This document shows positions 51,072 to 63,549 of a stretch of 64,000 nucleotides of DNA, one piece after another. The position numbers were made by a program, and so were the translations under genes. The notes beneath the pieces were generated by a model. The model saw only the letters and a program-made list of their open reading frames with translations, was not told the DNA's origin and did no database searches. Position 1 is the first letter of the stretch, and the number at the start of each line of letters is the position of its first letter. The stretch lies in assembly GCA_008632985.1 (NCBI GenBank), contig QPGO01000016.1:158840-222839 (forward strand), written 5' to 3'. This DNA is from Psammoneis japonica. Taxonomy: Eukaryota.

Positions 51072-52413
51072 GGGATCAGCGGATCCAATCATCGGAACAC
51101 ATTCTGATCCACGTTACCTGTAGAGGTTGATCCTTGCGACACAGAAAGAACCCTTCATCCTGTCGTTTTAGTTGGGCAATTGATAGGTGGCAAATATCGC
51201 TCACAAAGAGTTACATCAAAACCCGCCACGAATATCATGAGGGGCACTTTCGGTGCAAGTGGACACGTGCCGAAAGACGCGCGGAAACGAGCGCTGTGGG
51301 AACAAGCCAACCAGCGATCGATCGTACTGACTGCACCGTAGACCAGACAGTCCCACATCAGAAAGTCTTGCTCGAGAGCCTCCATACCATCGCCGCGATC
51401 ATTCCGGTGACGAATGGGAAAAAAGAAAAGATAAAAGCTGCTTTGATAATCTCGTTTTCATTGCCTCTGCCGTCGACATGTATGTTCCTGTCGAATGCTT
51501 GTAAAGACGTGCTTCGAGCCACTTGGATGACTGCCCACCTTTTTGAAGAGAAAACCTTCACCACACCTTGAAAAGGGTCGACGTTTCCAATGAATCGATG
51601 ACTGCCGTAGGCCATGGGAAGGTATGTAAGGATTCAAATAGTGTGGAGGCGTAGCCCATGGGAAGGTATGTAAGGATTCAAATAGTGTGGAGGAGAGATA
51701 TCGTGCAAGAATCGTGCGCCAAGTAGTTTTGATCCTGACTTTTCGCCACAGAAGAACGCGGTATGCTGATCACAACGACTCCCCATTTGACAACAAAAGG
51801 TGGTCGAACGCTTCATCCCACGAGTTCTCTACTATAGTCCCAGGACACACGCTCTCTGTCGTCGAAACGAGCTCCTGCAACGTCGAGCGTCATTTGTCGT
51901 CCATCACCTTTCTCACCGATGATTACAAGAGAAGGTACTCGCTCCTCGAAAACGGAGGCGGGCCGGAGGGAAGATACCTCTTTCGTTTATTCTTGATCTA
52001 CAACGACGAACAATTTTTTGAAATTTTAGTAGAACCTACGAGGAACTTGTAGGGTCATGCAAGAGTAAAAATAAAATGAACATCTCCATCTCTTTTGAAA
52101 ATATAACTTATGATAAGTACAATTTTTTAATCTTGTTTGAAAGTGGCTCTTATAAAGAGTGCTATGGTTTTAAAAGGTACATGAAGGTATCTATCGTATA
52201 CAGTGGACAGATTTTCCGTTGAAAAGCACGTTCGCACCGCATCCTCTCTCCACAAGAACCCGCCCTCACAAATTGCACTCGCGCTCTGTTCACATTCTCA
52301 CTGTTTTACTTTTCCTGACACACTCGCAGTCACGCCAAAGTTTCGGGACAGCACAACAACGCTACAATCTCTGCGTTCGAGCGAATAACTATCACCATGA
52401 TGTCACAAAGTGG

Positions 52414-53746
52414 ATGCTTTTCCTGCTACTATGCTGCACCAGGATGATGGTGTCGCAAGCGCAAGCGTCATCGGAGATGATGCGTGGAAAATACCAGCCA
52501 TCACACGGACGGCACCCAACAAGGCGATTAAAAGATAAAGATAAGAAAGGCAAGAACAAGAACAAGAACCCTCCGCCCACATCAAACCCCACAAGTCTGC
52601 CCACTCGAGAACCCACGTCAACCCGACACCGTCACCCGAGCCGACTGCAACACCCACACCTCCTCCACCTACAGCTGCACCCGCACCGGAAGTCTATGGA
52701 GGTTCTTTTGTAGCAATGTTCTCCCTGATTCGCGAGACCCCCCTCGAGGCAGCCGACGTGACATCTGGAAGAGAAACCGAGCTAGAGGCAGCCGTAATCC
52801 AATCTTGATTTCCGTCTTGTGCGCGGATACCGATTTTGTCCTGGGTGGTATGAAGAGTGATCAGAGGTCGGGACTGTGTAACTTCTCGCGACGTAGCTCT
52901 TCGCAGAACAGTATTGAAACTGCAGTATCCGAAGATGTTACTCTACGAGTCAAGGACGGCGGCAACGGAAGGCTTCGATGGACGAAATGGACGGCAGAAT
53001 TCAATGTTCTCCGCGCCGGAGTCAGCGAAGAGAAAACCGCGTTGCAACTCCTTGGTGATGAAGTTTCGGAAGAACAGAAGCGGAGCCTCACCATTCAGCT
53101 TATTGGGGACACCGCTAGAAGTGCTCTGGAAAAGAACATCCGAGCCTTGAAGTTTGATTCATTGATTGGCGGCCAAGTCCGTACAAGTGTTGCTGGGAAA
53201 GAAACTGAAACCTTTGCCGATCTATTAGATGATTCTTCCCAAGGAGAAATCCATGTAGAAGACGGCAGTATGAATGATATCGACCCTTCATCGTTCCATG
53301 CTCTACGCGTAACTGGAATCGTCACATTCTTACTGAATATATTCTTGGTGATCCTTGTTCTACGTTTGTCGTCTCGCAGAAGAATGAAGCTGAAGGAGGA
53401 GAAAAAGAGCGAAACGGGTAAACAAGCAGGACTGAATACGTCGGAAGGGCTTGAAATGATTCTAGATATGACAAGGGTTGAACCTCCATTTGTTCCAACG
53501 AGTTCGTCATCAAGTACGCAAGAGTCTGAGACTGCTTCGGAAAGTAATGGAACCGGAGTTACCAGTCCACAAGATGTTTATGGCAGCTCGATTGTTTCAC
53601 TGGACGTAGCCACACCAACAATTTCAAAACCAGTCCGTGATCAAAATGCTGCTATTGGTTCCATTCTTTCCCTTGGAGCAGCAGCGGCGGCGGCAACCGA
53701 AGACAGTGAGAGTGAAGACGACAGTAGAGATTTTGAAATATTGTAA
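52414..53746 (+). CDS. Single-pass membrane protein, family member 2
   Basis: Signal-like N-terminus, RRL/K-rich then PT-rich linker, LCADTDF, FDSLIGG, HALRVTG-TM, GLNTSEGLEMIL. Frameshifts near 52625 and 52800. Confidence 0.72.
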
Positions 53747-53809
53747 TTTATAGAAGATATCCTGCATACATTCGTACATTAACCGAGTAACTACGGACTA
53801 GAAGTCCTG

Positions 53810-54139
53810 ATGTTCGAATTTTTTTCTCCGATCGCTGAAATCGAATCGAGACCCTCATGTTGCTTGCACCATGACGGAAGCGATAAAGCGCATTGCCAAC
53901 ACTGTGAAATAGAGGTTTCTGGCCAGTACAAGCTCCTGGGAGTTGTGCTCAAGCCTTGTGGCCATGTTTTATGCCTTGGTTGTGTGGCAGAACTAGACGC
54001 AGCCCGAGGCGACAAACTGAGACGCTGCATGCATAACAGCGTGAATAGATCGAGACGCTGCATGCATAACAGCGTGAATAGATCGCGGCATCAAATCACA
54101 ATCAATCAATTAATCAAATGTCTGAAGGTATTGTTTTGA
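53810..54139 (+). CDS. Possible RING-finger fragment with a 33-bp internal tandem duplication
   Basis: CQHC...VLKPCGHVLCLGC; RRCMHNSVNRS occurs twice. Confidence 0.4.
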   Translation: MFEFFSPIAEIESRPSCCLHHDGSDKAHCQHCEIEVSGQYKLLGVVLKPCGHVLCLGCVAELDAARGDKLRRCMHNSVNRSRRCMHNSVNRSRHQITINQLIKCLKVLF

Positions 54140-54309
54140 CAAACTTGTTTTTTTCAATGGAAAACATAGCTAGAGTGGAACGGTACAATAATGTGAATGG
54201 TAGAATAAGTCAATGAGTGAGTGGCGTCCATTTCGAAAGCAAGCACCATAGCACACATAAAAACTGACTCGTGTTAATATTATTTGACAAAGCTTATTGA
54301 ATCTTTCCA

Positions 54310-54560
54310 ACTACGTAGACTAGAGGTATGATCCCCTCAATCCGATTAATTATGCAACATGAGCGTGTCAAGATTGAAAAGATTGCCAAGTTCTGATGGG
54401 GATCAATCCAGAAAAGTCGTTGGATGACAAGTTGATAGTGTACAACTTTGTCATCTTGCCCAGCTCGGTGGGAATCGTCCCTCGTACACTTACACCAGCA
54501 AACAATAGCGCCAAATTGGTCATTTTCAGTAATTACCAATTTCAGATGGAATCGCTGTAA
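54310..54560 (-). pseudogene. Leucine-rich repeat (plant-specific-type LRR) gene fragment
   Basis: Hand translation gives AIPSEIG, GTIPTELGKMTKLYTINLSSNDFSGLIP and SELGNLFNLDTLMLHN*, with frameshifts and a stop. Confidence 0.75.
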
Positions 54561-55593
54561 CCAAATCTTTCATGTTTTCGCCAGCGTAAAAGATGACGAG
54601 CCTTGGTACGTAACGGGTTCTACCGCATGCTCTGCATGTTGTGAACGTCTTAGAATCTTTTCGTTCGCGCTCATGATCTTGTTTGTATCTCTCGGTTCCA
54701 ACATATTTCATTCCTACGAAGAGCAACTCTTCATTGATAACAACCACTTGGAGGGTACGGCACGTCTCGTTTCAAAATTGACACTACTCAGTAAGCCTCA
54801 CACTTTTCAAGAGGGTACACCAAAATCTTGATGGGGTATCTCCGCGGTCTTTTTTTCGTCCGGCGTGCTCCGTGCTCCTCTCTATCGACTTCATGATGGG
54901 AGCCTTGGATGAGTTCGGTCGAATTTCTTTGTTTAGGATCTACTGATAACTGAGTACGAACAATCGATACTACAAGTCTCCATATGGAAGCAGACCTTGC
55001 TGATGGTGATTTGTCGCGGTTTGTTCCTTGATCTTTGGCGTGTTTAGCTGCCCGTGTTCATCGAATGAAGTCGAATCAAAGTGAACGCTTCGCCAACAAA
55101 CATTTCACGCTTTAACAATTGAAAAAAAAACAAGAACCATATATCCCGACAGTATGCCTGGCAAGTGTACAATACCCGTAATAAATGGAAAGAGTTGTGT
55201 CAGCGCGGACGTCGAGTAAGTGGAGAGGTACGGAAATAAAAATAGTGGTCCAAAAGAAATTTTGAGGGGGGCTCCAATTCCAAATTTTTGAATATCATCA
55301 TTTGAAAAAAATAGCAAGATTCAATAAATAGGGATGCGAAGGGTGAGCACGTGTCAAAATAGATGAACCAGGGGTTCTCTGAAAAGATAATGTTAAATGT
55401 GAAACACGTATGACGTTGCCATCCTTTTGAATATTACTCATATACGAATAAACGTTATAAAAATGGAACATGAGAACTCCCCCTTCGAGATTGATTTCTT
55501 GTTGCTTGTTGCACAGCTGTTGCGAACATCAACTCGCCTCGTATCTATCAACCACCCTCTATCATAGAGGAGATTCGACTCGCCACAAGCAGC

Positions 55594-58050
55594 ATGACAT
55601 TTCTCAGCTTACTTCGACCACAAGTATATTTTTTATCAGCTTACTTGGTAACTAGCGCATCCACTGGGAGTAAGAACTTCGTTGGCGACGTCCCTGGTTT
55701 TTTCCCGTCCGGCATTACGTCTAGTCTCAGGAATAGCGACTACAGTCAATTTGTCGCTGACGAGCACTCAATGAAGCGAGATCTTGTATCAAACGATGAT
55801 GACGAAGATGTTGGAGAAGCTTCAACAGAGTCTATAGAGCTGGAGTTTTCTCTCTTTTCTTCAAACTATTCGTTGACAGCAGGTCAACTTGATTCACGAA
55901 ACGACATAAAAGGAACAGTACTGAATGCAACGATTCAAGCTCTCTGCGGAAGAACTGACTTTATCATATCCAATACTACTTCTGATGAAGGTTCAGACTA
56001 TTGCTCAGGAATTAGATCTTTCGTGGGCGAACTTCCGTTGGCATCAATCGTGGGTCCCACGGCTGCTGTGACAATCACAGACTCAAGCCTAGACGATATA
56101 GAATGGACTGTTTGGAGCATATCCTTCCCTATTTTACAAGTGGGAATGGTATATATTCAAAGCGCACTCGACGTCATCAACGTCGCAAGAGAAAAAGAAA
56201 CAGTCAGGACAATAGCTCTGCGTCTCATGGAGACAGTCGGAAGAGCGGCCATTGCTTCGGCAATAAAAAACGGCGAACTCGACAGTCTCATTGGCGGAGG
56301 CATGCGTGCGAGTGAAATAGGAGAAGAATATATTACATTTTCCCATGATGGCTCAGAAATCCATGACCAAGGGGAAGAAACCGTCGAATCGCAAGACGCC
56401 TTGGATACGACAGTCATGCACGCATTGAGAATCATTGGGATTTGCTTGTTTCTAATCAACCTCGTTGGAGGAATTCTCCTTGTACACCTTTCAAAGAAAA
56501 AAAGTCGGCGACTTTTGCTGCAAAACGAGAACAATGATGGGCTTCATTCCGAGGAGCAGATTGTAGCCATGCTCGAAGCTGGCAAGGCATACCGGTGCAC
56601 AGACTCCGGCTGTCTTCCTCCGCCGCCGCCTCCGCCTCTGCCTCTCCCTTCGCCAATCCAGGAGACATCATCATCAAATGGTAAAGAGGACAATGATGTT
56701 GTGATTAACATGCTTCACTCCGGGCAGCAGATTGAGGAAATGCTTGAAGCTGACAAGTCATGCACAAACTGTCTTTCTCCACCACCGGTCCTGGAGGTAT
56801 CCTCATTGGATGATACAGAGAACAATGATATTGTGATTGAAGTAATTCGTTCCGGGGAGAAGCAGATCGTTGCCTTGTTTGAAGCTGACAAGACAAGCAC
56901 TGACTGTCCTTCTCCGCCTCTGGTCGAGGAGACATCCTCATCGGATGATAAAAAGATCGATGATGCTGTCACTAACGTACATCATCCCGGGGATAAGCAG
57001 GTGGAAACCCCGCTCGAAACTGCAGACTGTCCTACTCCACCACTGGTCCAGGAGGCATCCGCATCGAATTGCGAAAAGAACAATGACACTGTGATTGAAA
57101 TACTTCATCCCGAGGATAAGGAGATCGGGGCCCTGCTCGAAGCTGACAAGTCATACACAAACTGTCCGTCTCCACCACCGGTCCAGGAGACATCCTCAGT
57201 GGATGATCCAGAGAATAATGATATTGTGATTGATCTAATTCATTCCGGGGAGAAGCAGATCGTTGCCTTGCTTGAAGCTGACAAGACAAGTACTGACTGT
57301 CCTTCTCCGCCACCGGTCGAGGAGACATCCTCATCGGATGATAAAAAGGACGATGATGCTGTCATTGACGTACATCATCCCGGGGATAAGCAGGTGGGAA
57401 CCCCGCTCGAAACTGACAAATCATACACGGACTGTCCTACTCCACCACTGGTCCAGGAGACATCCGCATCGAATGATGAAAAGAACAATGACACTGTGAT
57501 TGATGTACTTCATTCCGGGGATAAGGAGATCGGAGCCCTGCTCGAAGCTGACAAGTCATACACAAACTGTCCGTCTCCACCGCCGGTCCAGGAGACATCC
57601 TCAGTGGATGATAACAGCGATACTGTGATTGATGTACTTCATTCCGGGGATAAGCAGATCGAGACCCCATTTGAAGCTGATAAGTCATACACAAACTGTC
57701 CATCTCCGCCACCGCTCCAGGAGACATCCTCATCAGATGATAACAAGGATGCTGGGAATGATGTACTTAATTCCGAAGATAAACATGCCGAGGCCCCGTT
57801 CGAAGCTGACAAGGCAAACACAAACGGCCCTTCCCCACCACCGGTCCAGGAGACATCCTCCTCAGATGATAAGAAGCGCAATGAAAAAAAGATTGGTGTA
57901 CTTCATTCCGGGGATAAGCAGATCGAGGCCCCGCTTGAAGCTGACAAGCTATACACATGCTGTCCTTCTCCATCACTAGTCCACGAGACATCCTCATCGG
58001 ATGATGACGAAGAATCATTTACTGCAATAACTCAATCCCATCTCTCTTGA
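55594..58050 (+). CDS. Single-pass membrane protein with a cytoplasmic array of 45-aa acidic/Pro-rich repeats; family member 3
   Basis: Intact 818-aa ORF; signal peptide, LCGRTDF..DYCSG, EWTVW, LDSLIGG, HALRIIG-TM, then ~11 repeats. Confidence 0.85.
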   Translation: MTFLSLLRPQVYFLSAYLVTSASTGSKNFVGDVPGFFPSGITSSLRNSDYSQFVADEHSMKRDLVSNDDDEDVGEASTESIELEFSLFSSNYSLTAGQLDSRNDIKGTVLNATIQALCGRTDFIISNTTSDEGSDYCSGIRSFVGELPLASIVGPTAAVTITDSSLDDIEWTVWSISFPILQVGMVYIQSALDVINVAREKETVRTIALRLMETVGRAAIASAIKNGELDSLIGGGMRASEIGEEYITFSHDGSEIHDQGEETVESQDALDTTVMHALRIIGICLFLINLVGGILLVHLSKKKSRRLLLQNENNDGLHSEEQIVAMLEAGKAYRCTDSGCLPPPPPPPLPLPSPIQETSSSNGKEDNDVVINMLHSGQQIEEMLEADKSCTNCLSPPPVLEVSSLDDTENNDIVIEVIRSGEKQIVALFEADKTSTDCPSPPLVEETSSSDDKKIDDAVTNVHHPGDKQVETPLETADCPTPPLVQEASASNCEKNNDTVIEILHPEDKEIGALLEADKSYTNCPSPPPVQETSSVDDPENNDIVIDLIHSGEKQIVALLEADKTSTDCPSPPPVEETSSSDDKKDDDAVIDVHHPGDKQVGTPLETDKSYTDCPTPPLVQETSASNDEKNNDTVIDVLHSGDKEIGALLEADKSYTNCPSPPPVQETSSVDDNSDTVIDVLHSGDKQIETPFEADKSYTNCPSPPPLQETSSSDDNKDAGNDVLNSEDKHAEAPFEADKANTNGPSPPPVQETSSSDDKKRNEKKIGVLHSGDKQIEAPLEADKLYTCCPSPSLVHETSSSDDDEESFTAITQSHLS
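56550..58010. repeat. Coding tandem repeat, ~135-bp unit, ~11 copies
   Basis: GAAGCTGACAAG, CAGGAGACATCCTCA and CATTCCGGGGATAAG recur periodically. Confidence 0.92.
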
Positions 58051-58199
58051 ATGAGAAACACCGTAATCAATTAATTGAAACCCTCCTCCTTTGTTCCATT
58101 GTTAACACATTAGGAAACGAACGGTGCAAGTGTTCTTTTCTTGACGTTTAAAAGGATGCGGGGGGTGTCCTCTCCAAGGCCTCTGTGTTGCAATCGCTT

Positions 58200-61100
58200 T
58201 TTCTCTGTGGCTACAGCACTTGCCAAAGATGGAGCCACCGTATGTTAGGCCCTCGAGCTAGAGCAGCCATGCAGCCACAGAGTAGGGCCACCGCCGCTGC
58301 ATACATGGTCATGTTGCTTGCAAGTCTGTCTCTCCATCTCCCCCAGTTGTCCCTGTTTTGCTTGTGCATGCTTTGTGTCCAGGATGGCTGAACACACTTG
58401 CCAGAATCAAAGGTCCTTTCACTCCTTCACAAACTCTCTCTGGTGAAGCAGAAATCCCAGATCTTGTTGCATCTAGAGTGGAGATGGCTCTGGTGGAACT
58501 GTGAGTGCCTTCTCCCAAACCCAAAGTTGGTTGCCAAGAACAACAACCAGCAACAAACCCAGGCAGACCTCACCATGTGGTGGCCAAATCAGCAAGAAGT
58601 GGCCTGTCTGCAAAAATGACAGCACTTTTTGATGCCTCCTGCAGCTTCCTTGAGATGCTTTGGGGGGTGTCACAGCCAGGGATGCACCCTGGCACTGCGT
58701 GCTGCCACCTGTGGCACAAGCACTCCAGCCAGTGCCACAGCCTGGGCACACCCCCCATCCCAGCATGCTGGCACCCATCCTCTCAAAATGAGGTTCCTCC
58801 CAAGAAGCTTGTCCAGCTGTGCCTCTCTGGGAACAATGCTTGCTTGCATGTTTGATTTTCTGTGAGAGGTCTGCATGTCCAGAAAGCTGGTGTGGTTGTC
58901 CCAGTTGACTCAAGTGGAGTGGAGAGCATCAGCGCCTTTTCTGTCTCATTGAGGAACAAGAACAAAAACACCAGCTGCTGGCATGCAGCCAACCACTGTC
59001 ACAGCTGTGCAGAAAATGACTGCCAGGAGTTGGTTCCAGTGCCTTGTCTGCTGATGCCACCAGGAGTGGCAAGAGTGTCAGCACCATCCCAAAGGCAGAG
59101 AGAGTTCCACAAACAGAGGTGACTGTTCTGTGCCTTGCACAGATGCACATTTGCCAATGCCATGCAAACACAGACAATTTGGGTGAGCACACCCACAGGG
59201 GCAACTGAGCTGCATCTCAGGGGGGGGGCAGTGGGGCACCAGCAAAAGCTGCAAACAAGTTTTGACAAAAGGCTCCTCACAAGTCCATGCATGAGCACGC
59301 TGAGTTCCTGTGCAGCGCAGAGATGTGGCCAATTGTCAAAAACATTTTTTGGCTGTTCTTTCTGTTTGAGAAGGTGTGGCATGCTCTCCTGACCTGCGTG
59401 CCCCCCAGCCCTCCCCATTGGAGTGAAGTTGTGCTGCACTGCATCTGCTGCCCATGTCTTGTGCTGGTTAATTTCACATTCTGCAGGAGCAACTAAGCCC
59501 TGCACATGCCAGCCATCACAAAGCTGCGCAGCTCAGCAAGATGCTGGTGTGCTTGCTGAACCAAACGCTTCTTTCCAAACTTGCCAACAGCAGCTGTGTC
59601 TGCCTGGCAAAGGCAGACCTTGCCAACAATGTTTCTGCTGTGTGGGCTCAGCTCATGCAAGAGTCACTGCTTGATGACATGCAGATGTCAGTGGAAACAT
59701 TGGCGCACACAACTCATGCACATGTGATGATGTCATCACAAAATTGCACCCACCTGCATCCCACAGCAGCCCTTGCACAGGGATGTGTGTGCATTCCATC
59801 ATTGTGTGCCAACTTGTCCACTCAAGAAACTTGCCACTGACCCAAGCTTGGAAACATGGCCCACCACCAGCAGACAACTCTGCAGCTCCAGTGCCAAAAA
59901 CAATGTCCACCCATGCCATTGTGACTTTGTTGGGACAGTTTTTGCTGCTCTGCCTCAGAAGATGGGGGGGGGGGGGGGGACAAGGAGCCAGTTTTCAACA
60001 AAAAGCTCCTTTTGCCAGCAGTGCTTGTTTCTTGTTGGCAATGGTGCTTTCACCCTGGAAAACCATGCATGCCTCTGAAACACACCCTCTGCAAAAGAGT
60101 TCTCCCACACACACAAATGTTGTCAAAACATTTGGAAAGAGCAGAGCTCCCATCTCTGCAGCAACCCCTGGCTCCTGCTGGAGGTTTCCTTCCCCCTGAG
60201 ATCCAAGAGGCTCTCTCCACCACACACCTCAGATTCAAGGATCCACCTTGCAGCATGTCATGTGCTGTGCTCTGACAGAAGAAGGACAGCCTTGGGAAGG
60301 AGTTGCTGCAAGCAAGAGGACCTGGCCACTTGTCCAGCAATCTGTGCCACATGTGGGGGAGCTTGCGCTGCTTTCCCAACTGTTCGTGGGCTGCTGTCAT
60401 CATGGCATTGATGCCCCTGAATCATGATCTCCAGATGACACTGCGTGCAGGCAGATGATGGATGCCAGTGCCCAAGCCAGTGGCAGCACCACTTTGAGCC
60501 TTAAAGTTGTGCCACTCTTCTGGCTTTTGATGAACTCAGCACAACATTGGTGCTGTGGCACACCATGGTGCCTCCAATCCCCAGAGGGACAATGCTGCAG
60601 AGATTTGCCCTGCTTGCAAGAGGCAGTCTGCCAAGGGCCTGTCACAAATGCTGGTGTGCACACCAAACTCATTGGCAGTGCTGGGTGCACCAAGCCAGCT
60701 CTGGGCAGGGCACATGCGCACTTCTGTGGATGATCTTTTTTAAAAAATTGTCTGCACTTTTTCCCATTTTGCAAAGACAGAGGCTTTCAATTTTTGTCAT
60801 TTGTGAGAGCAAAAATGGGCCGGGCATTTTCTTTGGTGCTGTGGGTCACTTGCTCTGCTTGCCACCAAGATGGAATAAGCAAATTGGAAGCAAATGGGCC
60901 AATGAACAGCAACAAAACAGGCACTCAAAGATTGTGCAGCAACAAAGCAGAGCTCTGGCAGGAGGCACACACCAAGGGCATCATCACTGTCCTCCAAAAA
61001 TGTGAAAGTGCACATTGAACACCACAGCTTGAACTGAAATGTAGCTGGGCTTCAACAGAACATTTGTCAAAGCACACTCGAGTTGGTCACTTGGCTAGGT

Positions 61101-61380
61101 TCACCTCAAAACAGATGCCAAAATGCTGTCATGCACAGACTGTTTGCACAGCCCGGCACTTCCACACACACACCCAATGTCTGACACACCTGTGTTTGCA
61201 AACGTCAGCTGCGTGAGTCACAGTGCACGTGACTCTGGTGGCTTTTTTAGCAGTAAATTTAAGACTTTGTGTTTGGGCCAACGGCACTGCATTCGACCTT
61301 TCCACTGCTTTTCGAAAAGTGGCGCACCGTGGATAATGTTGTGGGTGTGTGATGACATCAACACGCATGGATGCGTTGAG
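58200..61380. other. TpA- and CpG-depleted degenerate domain 3, origin unidentifiable
   Basis: Almost no TA and very few CG over ~3 kb; strongly TG/CA-rich. Confidence 0.9.
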
Positions 61381-61596
61381 ACGGGTATGTTCATATACTA
61401 ACATGATTGTGGGCCTATGTATTTTTGGTGTCGATGTAACCGCTGCATGCGACCGTTCCGTTACCGATGGTACTTCAACGCGCGCCAAACAACTAATCAA
61501 CCAAAAGAATTTCCAAATTGACCTGCAAATACCTTTCAACACTTTTTAGAGTGCAATGTTTGGATCGGCAACCCGAAGCGAAACGACACGATCAAG

Positions 61597-63248
61597 ATGT
61601 TGTACCGCCACGTCGCGTTGACCTTGATTCTTTTTGTTGGTCGTGTGTTTGCGCAGCCTTATCACGTTTTGACTTCCGCAGATTTGCCTCAGGAGAACAG
61701 AGACGCCTCCGAAGGTAATCCGTTCAAAGGCTTTTTGACAAGCCCGGAATGGGGTGATCCAGCAAAGCAACGCACGGATATTCCTTCTTCTCTAGAATTC
61801 TACTACGTTGGTCTAAACACAACCATGACGGGTAACAACACCTTTGATTGGAGTGAGTGCGTTGCTCATATTATGAAACTGCTGCGCTGCTCGTTGCACC
61901 AAATGTTCTCATTCTGTTTGTAGCGTACTTGAACAGGCTATTGGATGATTCTGCCAGCCGAAACAGGCACGTCATTCTAAGATTCATTTTAGATTACCCT
62001 ACAAGTGGTAACTACGTGCCTCAGTTTCTCGTTGACAATGGGCTAGGGCTCCAAAAGTATGACACGTTTGGCGGTGGCCAATCTCCTGACTACACAAGCC
62101 CGTTGCTTCTTACAGCTCTGCAGCAATTCATTTCGGCTTTTGGTGCGCAGTACGATGGTGATCCTCGTTTGGCGTTTGTTCAAGCCGGTTTGTTGGGATA
62201 CTGGGGGGAGTGGCATACCTGGCCAGACCGTTGGATTCCAGATAGTACCAGAGACTCTGTCGTGTCGTGGTACCAATCGGCATTTGAAACTACGCCCTTG
62301 CAGATTCGTTATCCAAAGGATGCTAGAAAGGCTACCATTGGCTTTCACGATGACTCCTTTGCACGCTTCACATTATCAAACAGGACGGGACCGTCGTATT
62401 GGTTTTGGCCGACGGTAGAATACATGGAGGCCACCGACTTTTGGAGAGACAACGTCATGGGTGGTGAGCTATCACCTGATCTACAACGTATTGCCTTTTC
62501 AGATGCCTTTCCCAATCCGTATGATGAATATGAACAAGATTTTGCTAGTTGCGTCGACACCACACATGCTACCTACATGATTGTGGGCTACGCCTTTTCT
62601 TCGAATTTTCCTGGATATGCATACAACGATTTGACGAGAGCCAAGGCCGCAAACAACCGCATGGGTTATTCCTTTCTTGTTAACAGGGTGGAAGTCACAG
62701 CGCGTCAGAATGGTTTGGTTGATGTATCTGTAGAAATTGAACAAACTGGTGTGGCTCCATTCTATTATCCCTTATCGGTATCGCTCGCTTGTAACGGGAT
62801 GGATACAATGTCACTTGGTGGCGTTGAAAACATTGTTGGGCAGGGGGATACATCGACATTTGATTTTCTTAATGTAAGCTCAACATTGGAATGTTTGGGC
62901 TCCCTAACCATCTCGTTAAGCTCAAGTCGAGCCTACACAAGCAATCCAGTCAAGTTGTCGCAGGGACCAGCCGGAGTTGTGGAGTTGATCATCCCTCCTC
63001 CGCCCGTCGGTTCAGGTACTTCGAATCCGACACCATCACCTACTTCTGCACCGACGATAGCACCCACGCCATTGCCTACTGGGACCCCTACAGCAAAACC
63101 GACATTGAATCCGACGCCAGCACCAACACTGGCACCGTCACCTACAGCTTTCACCGGTGCAAGTACTTCGAGCAACCAGGCAGGAGTCAAGGATCTGGCC
63201 ACCCCTTGTGATTCAGATACTCCCAACCCAACACCAAAAAGTAGATAG
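61597..63248 (+). CDS. Secreted DUF4832-type protein with PT-rich tail; paralog 2
   Basis: Signal peptide; GNPFKGF, YDGDPRLAFVQAGLLGYWGEWHTW, GFHDDSF, GVAPFYY. Intron 61853-61923 lies at the same position as in paralog 1. Confidence 0.85.
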
Positions 63249-63549
63249 AAAAAACTTTTCGATTATCCCCTTGTGCAGCCTTTTCCGTTCAATGCGAATT
63301 TTTCGTAGCTTCGATGCAGCTTTGGGTGCAAAGAGCATTACTGTTCAATCCTCTGGACAAGGCAATCTCACCAACCTCACTTCAACCACGTGCCTAAACG
63401 CTGTTGGGTTGCATTTTTAATTCATTCACCAAAATTTGTTGTTCTATGCACTACACCAGCAATGTCTTTTCTACGAAAACGCAGAAAGCACGCCGTACCT
63501 TGCTGACAAGAAAATCTAAAACTGCATTGGTTTCAAGGATTTATTCTTT

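Noticed and set aside
38103..52810. Single-base frameshifts in several otherwise intact genes, as programmed frameshifting or pseudogenisation
   Set aside because: Several fall at short homopolymers with conserved sequence on both sides; most likely assembly indel errors. Raw reads would decide.
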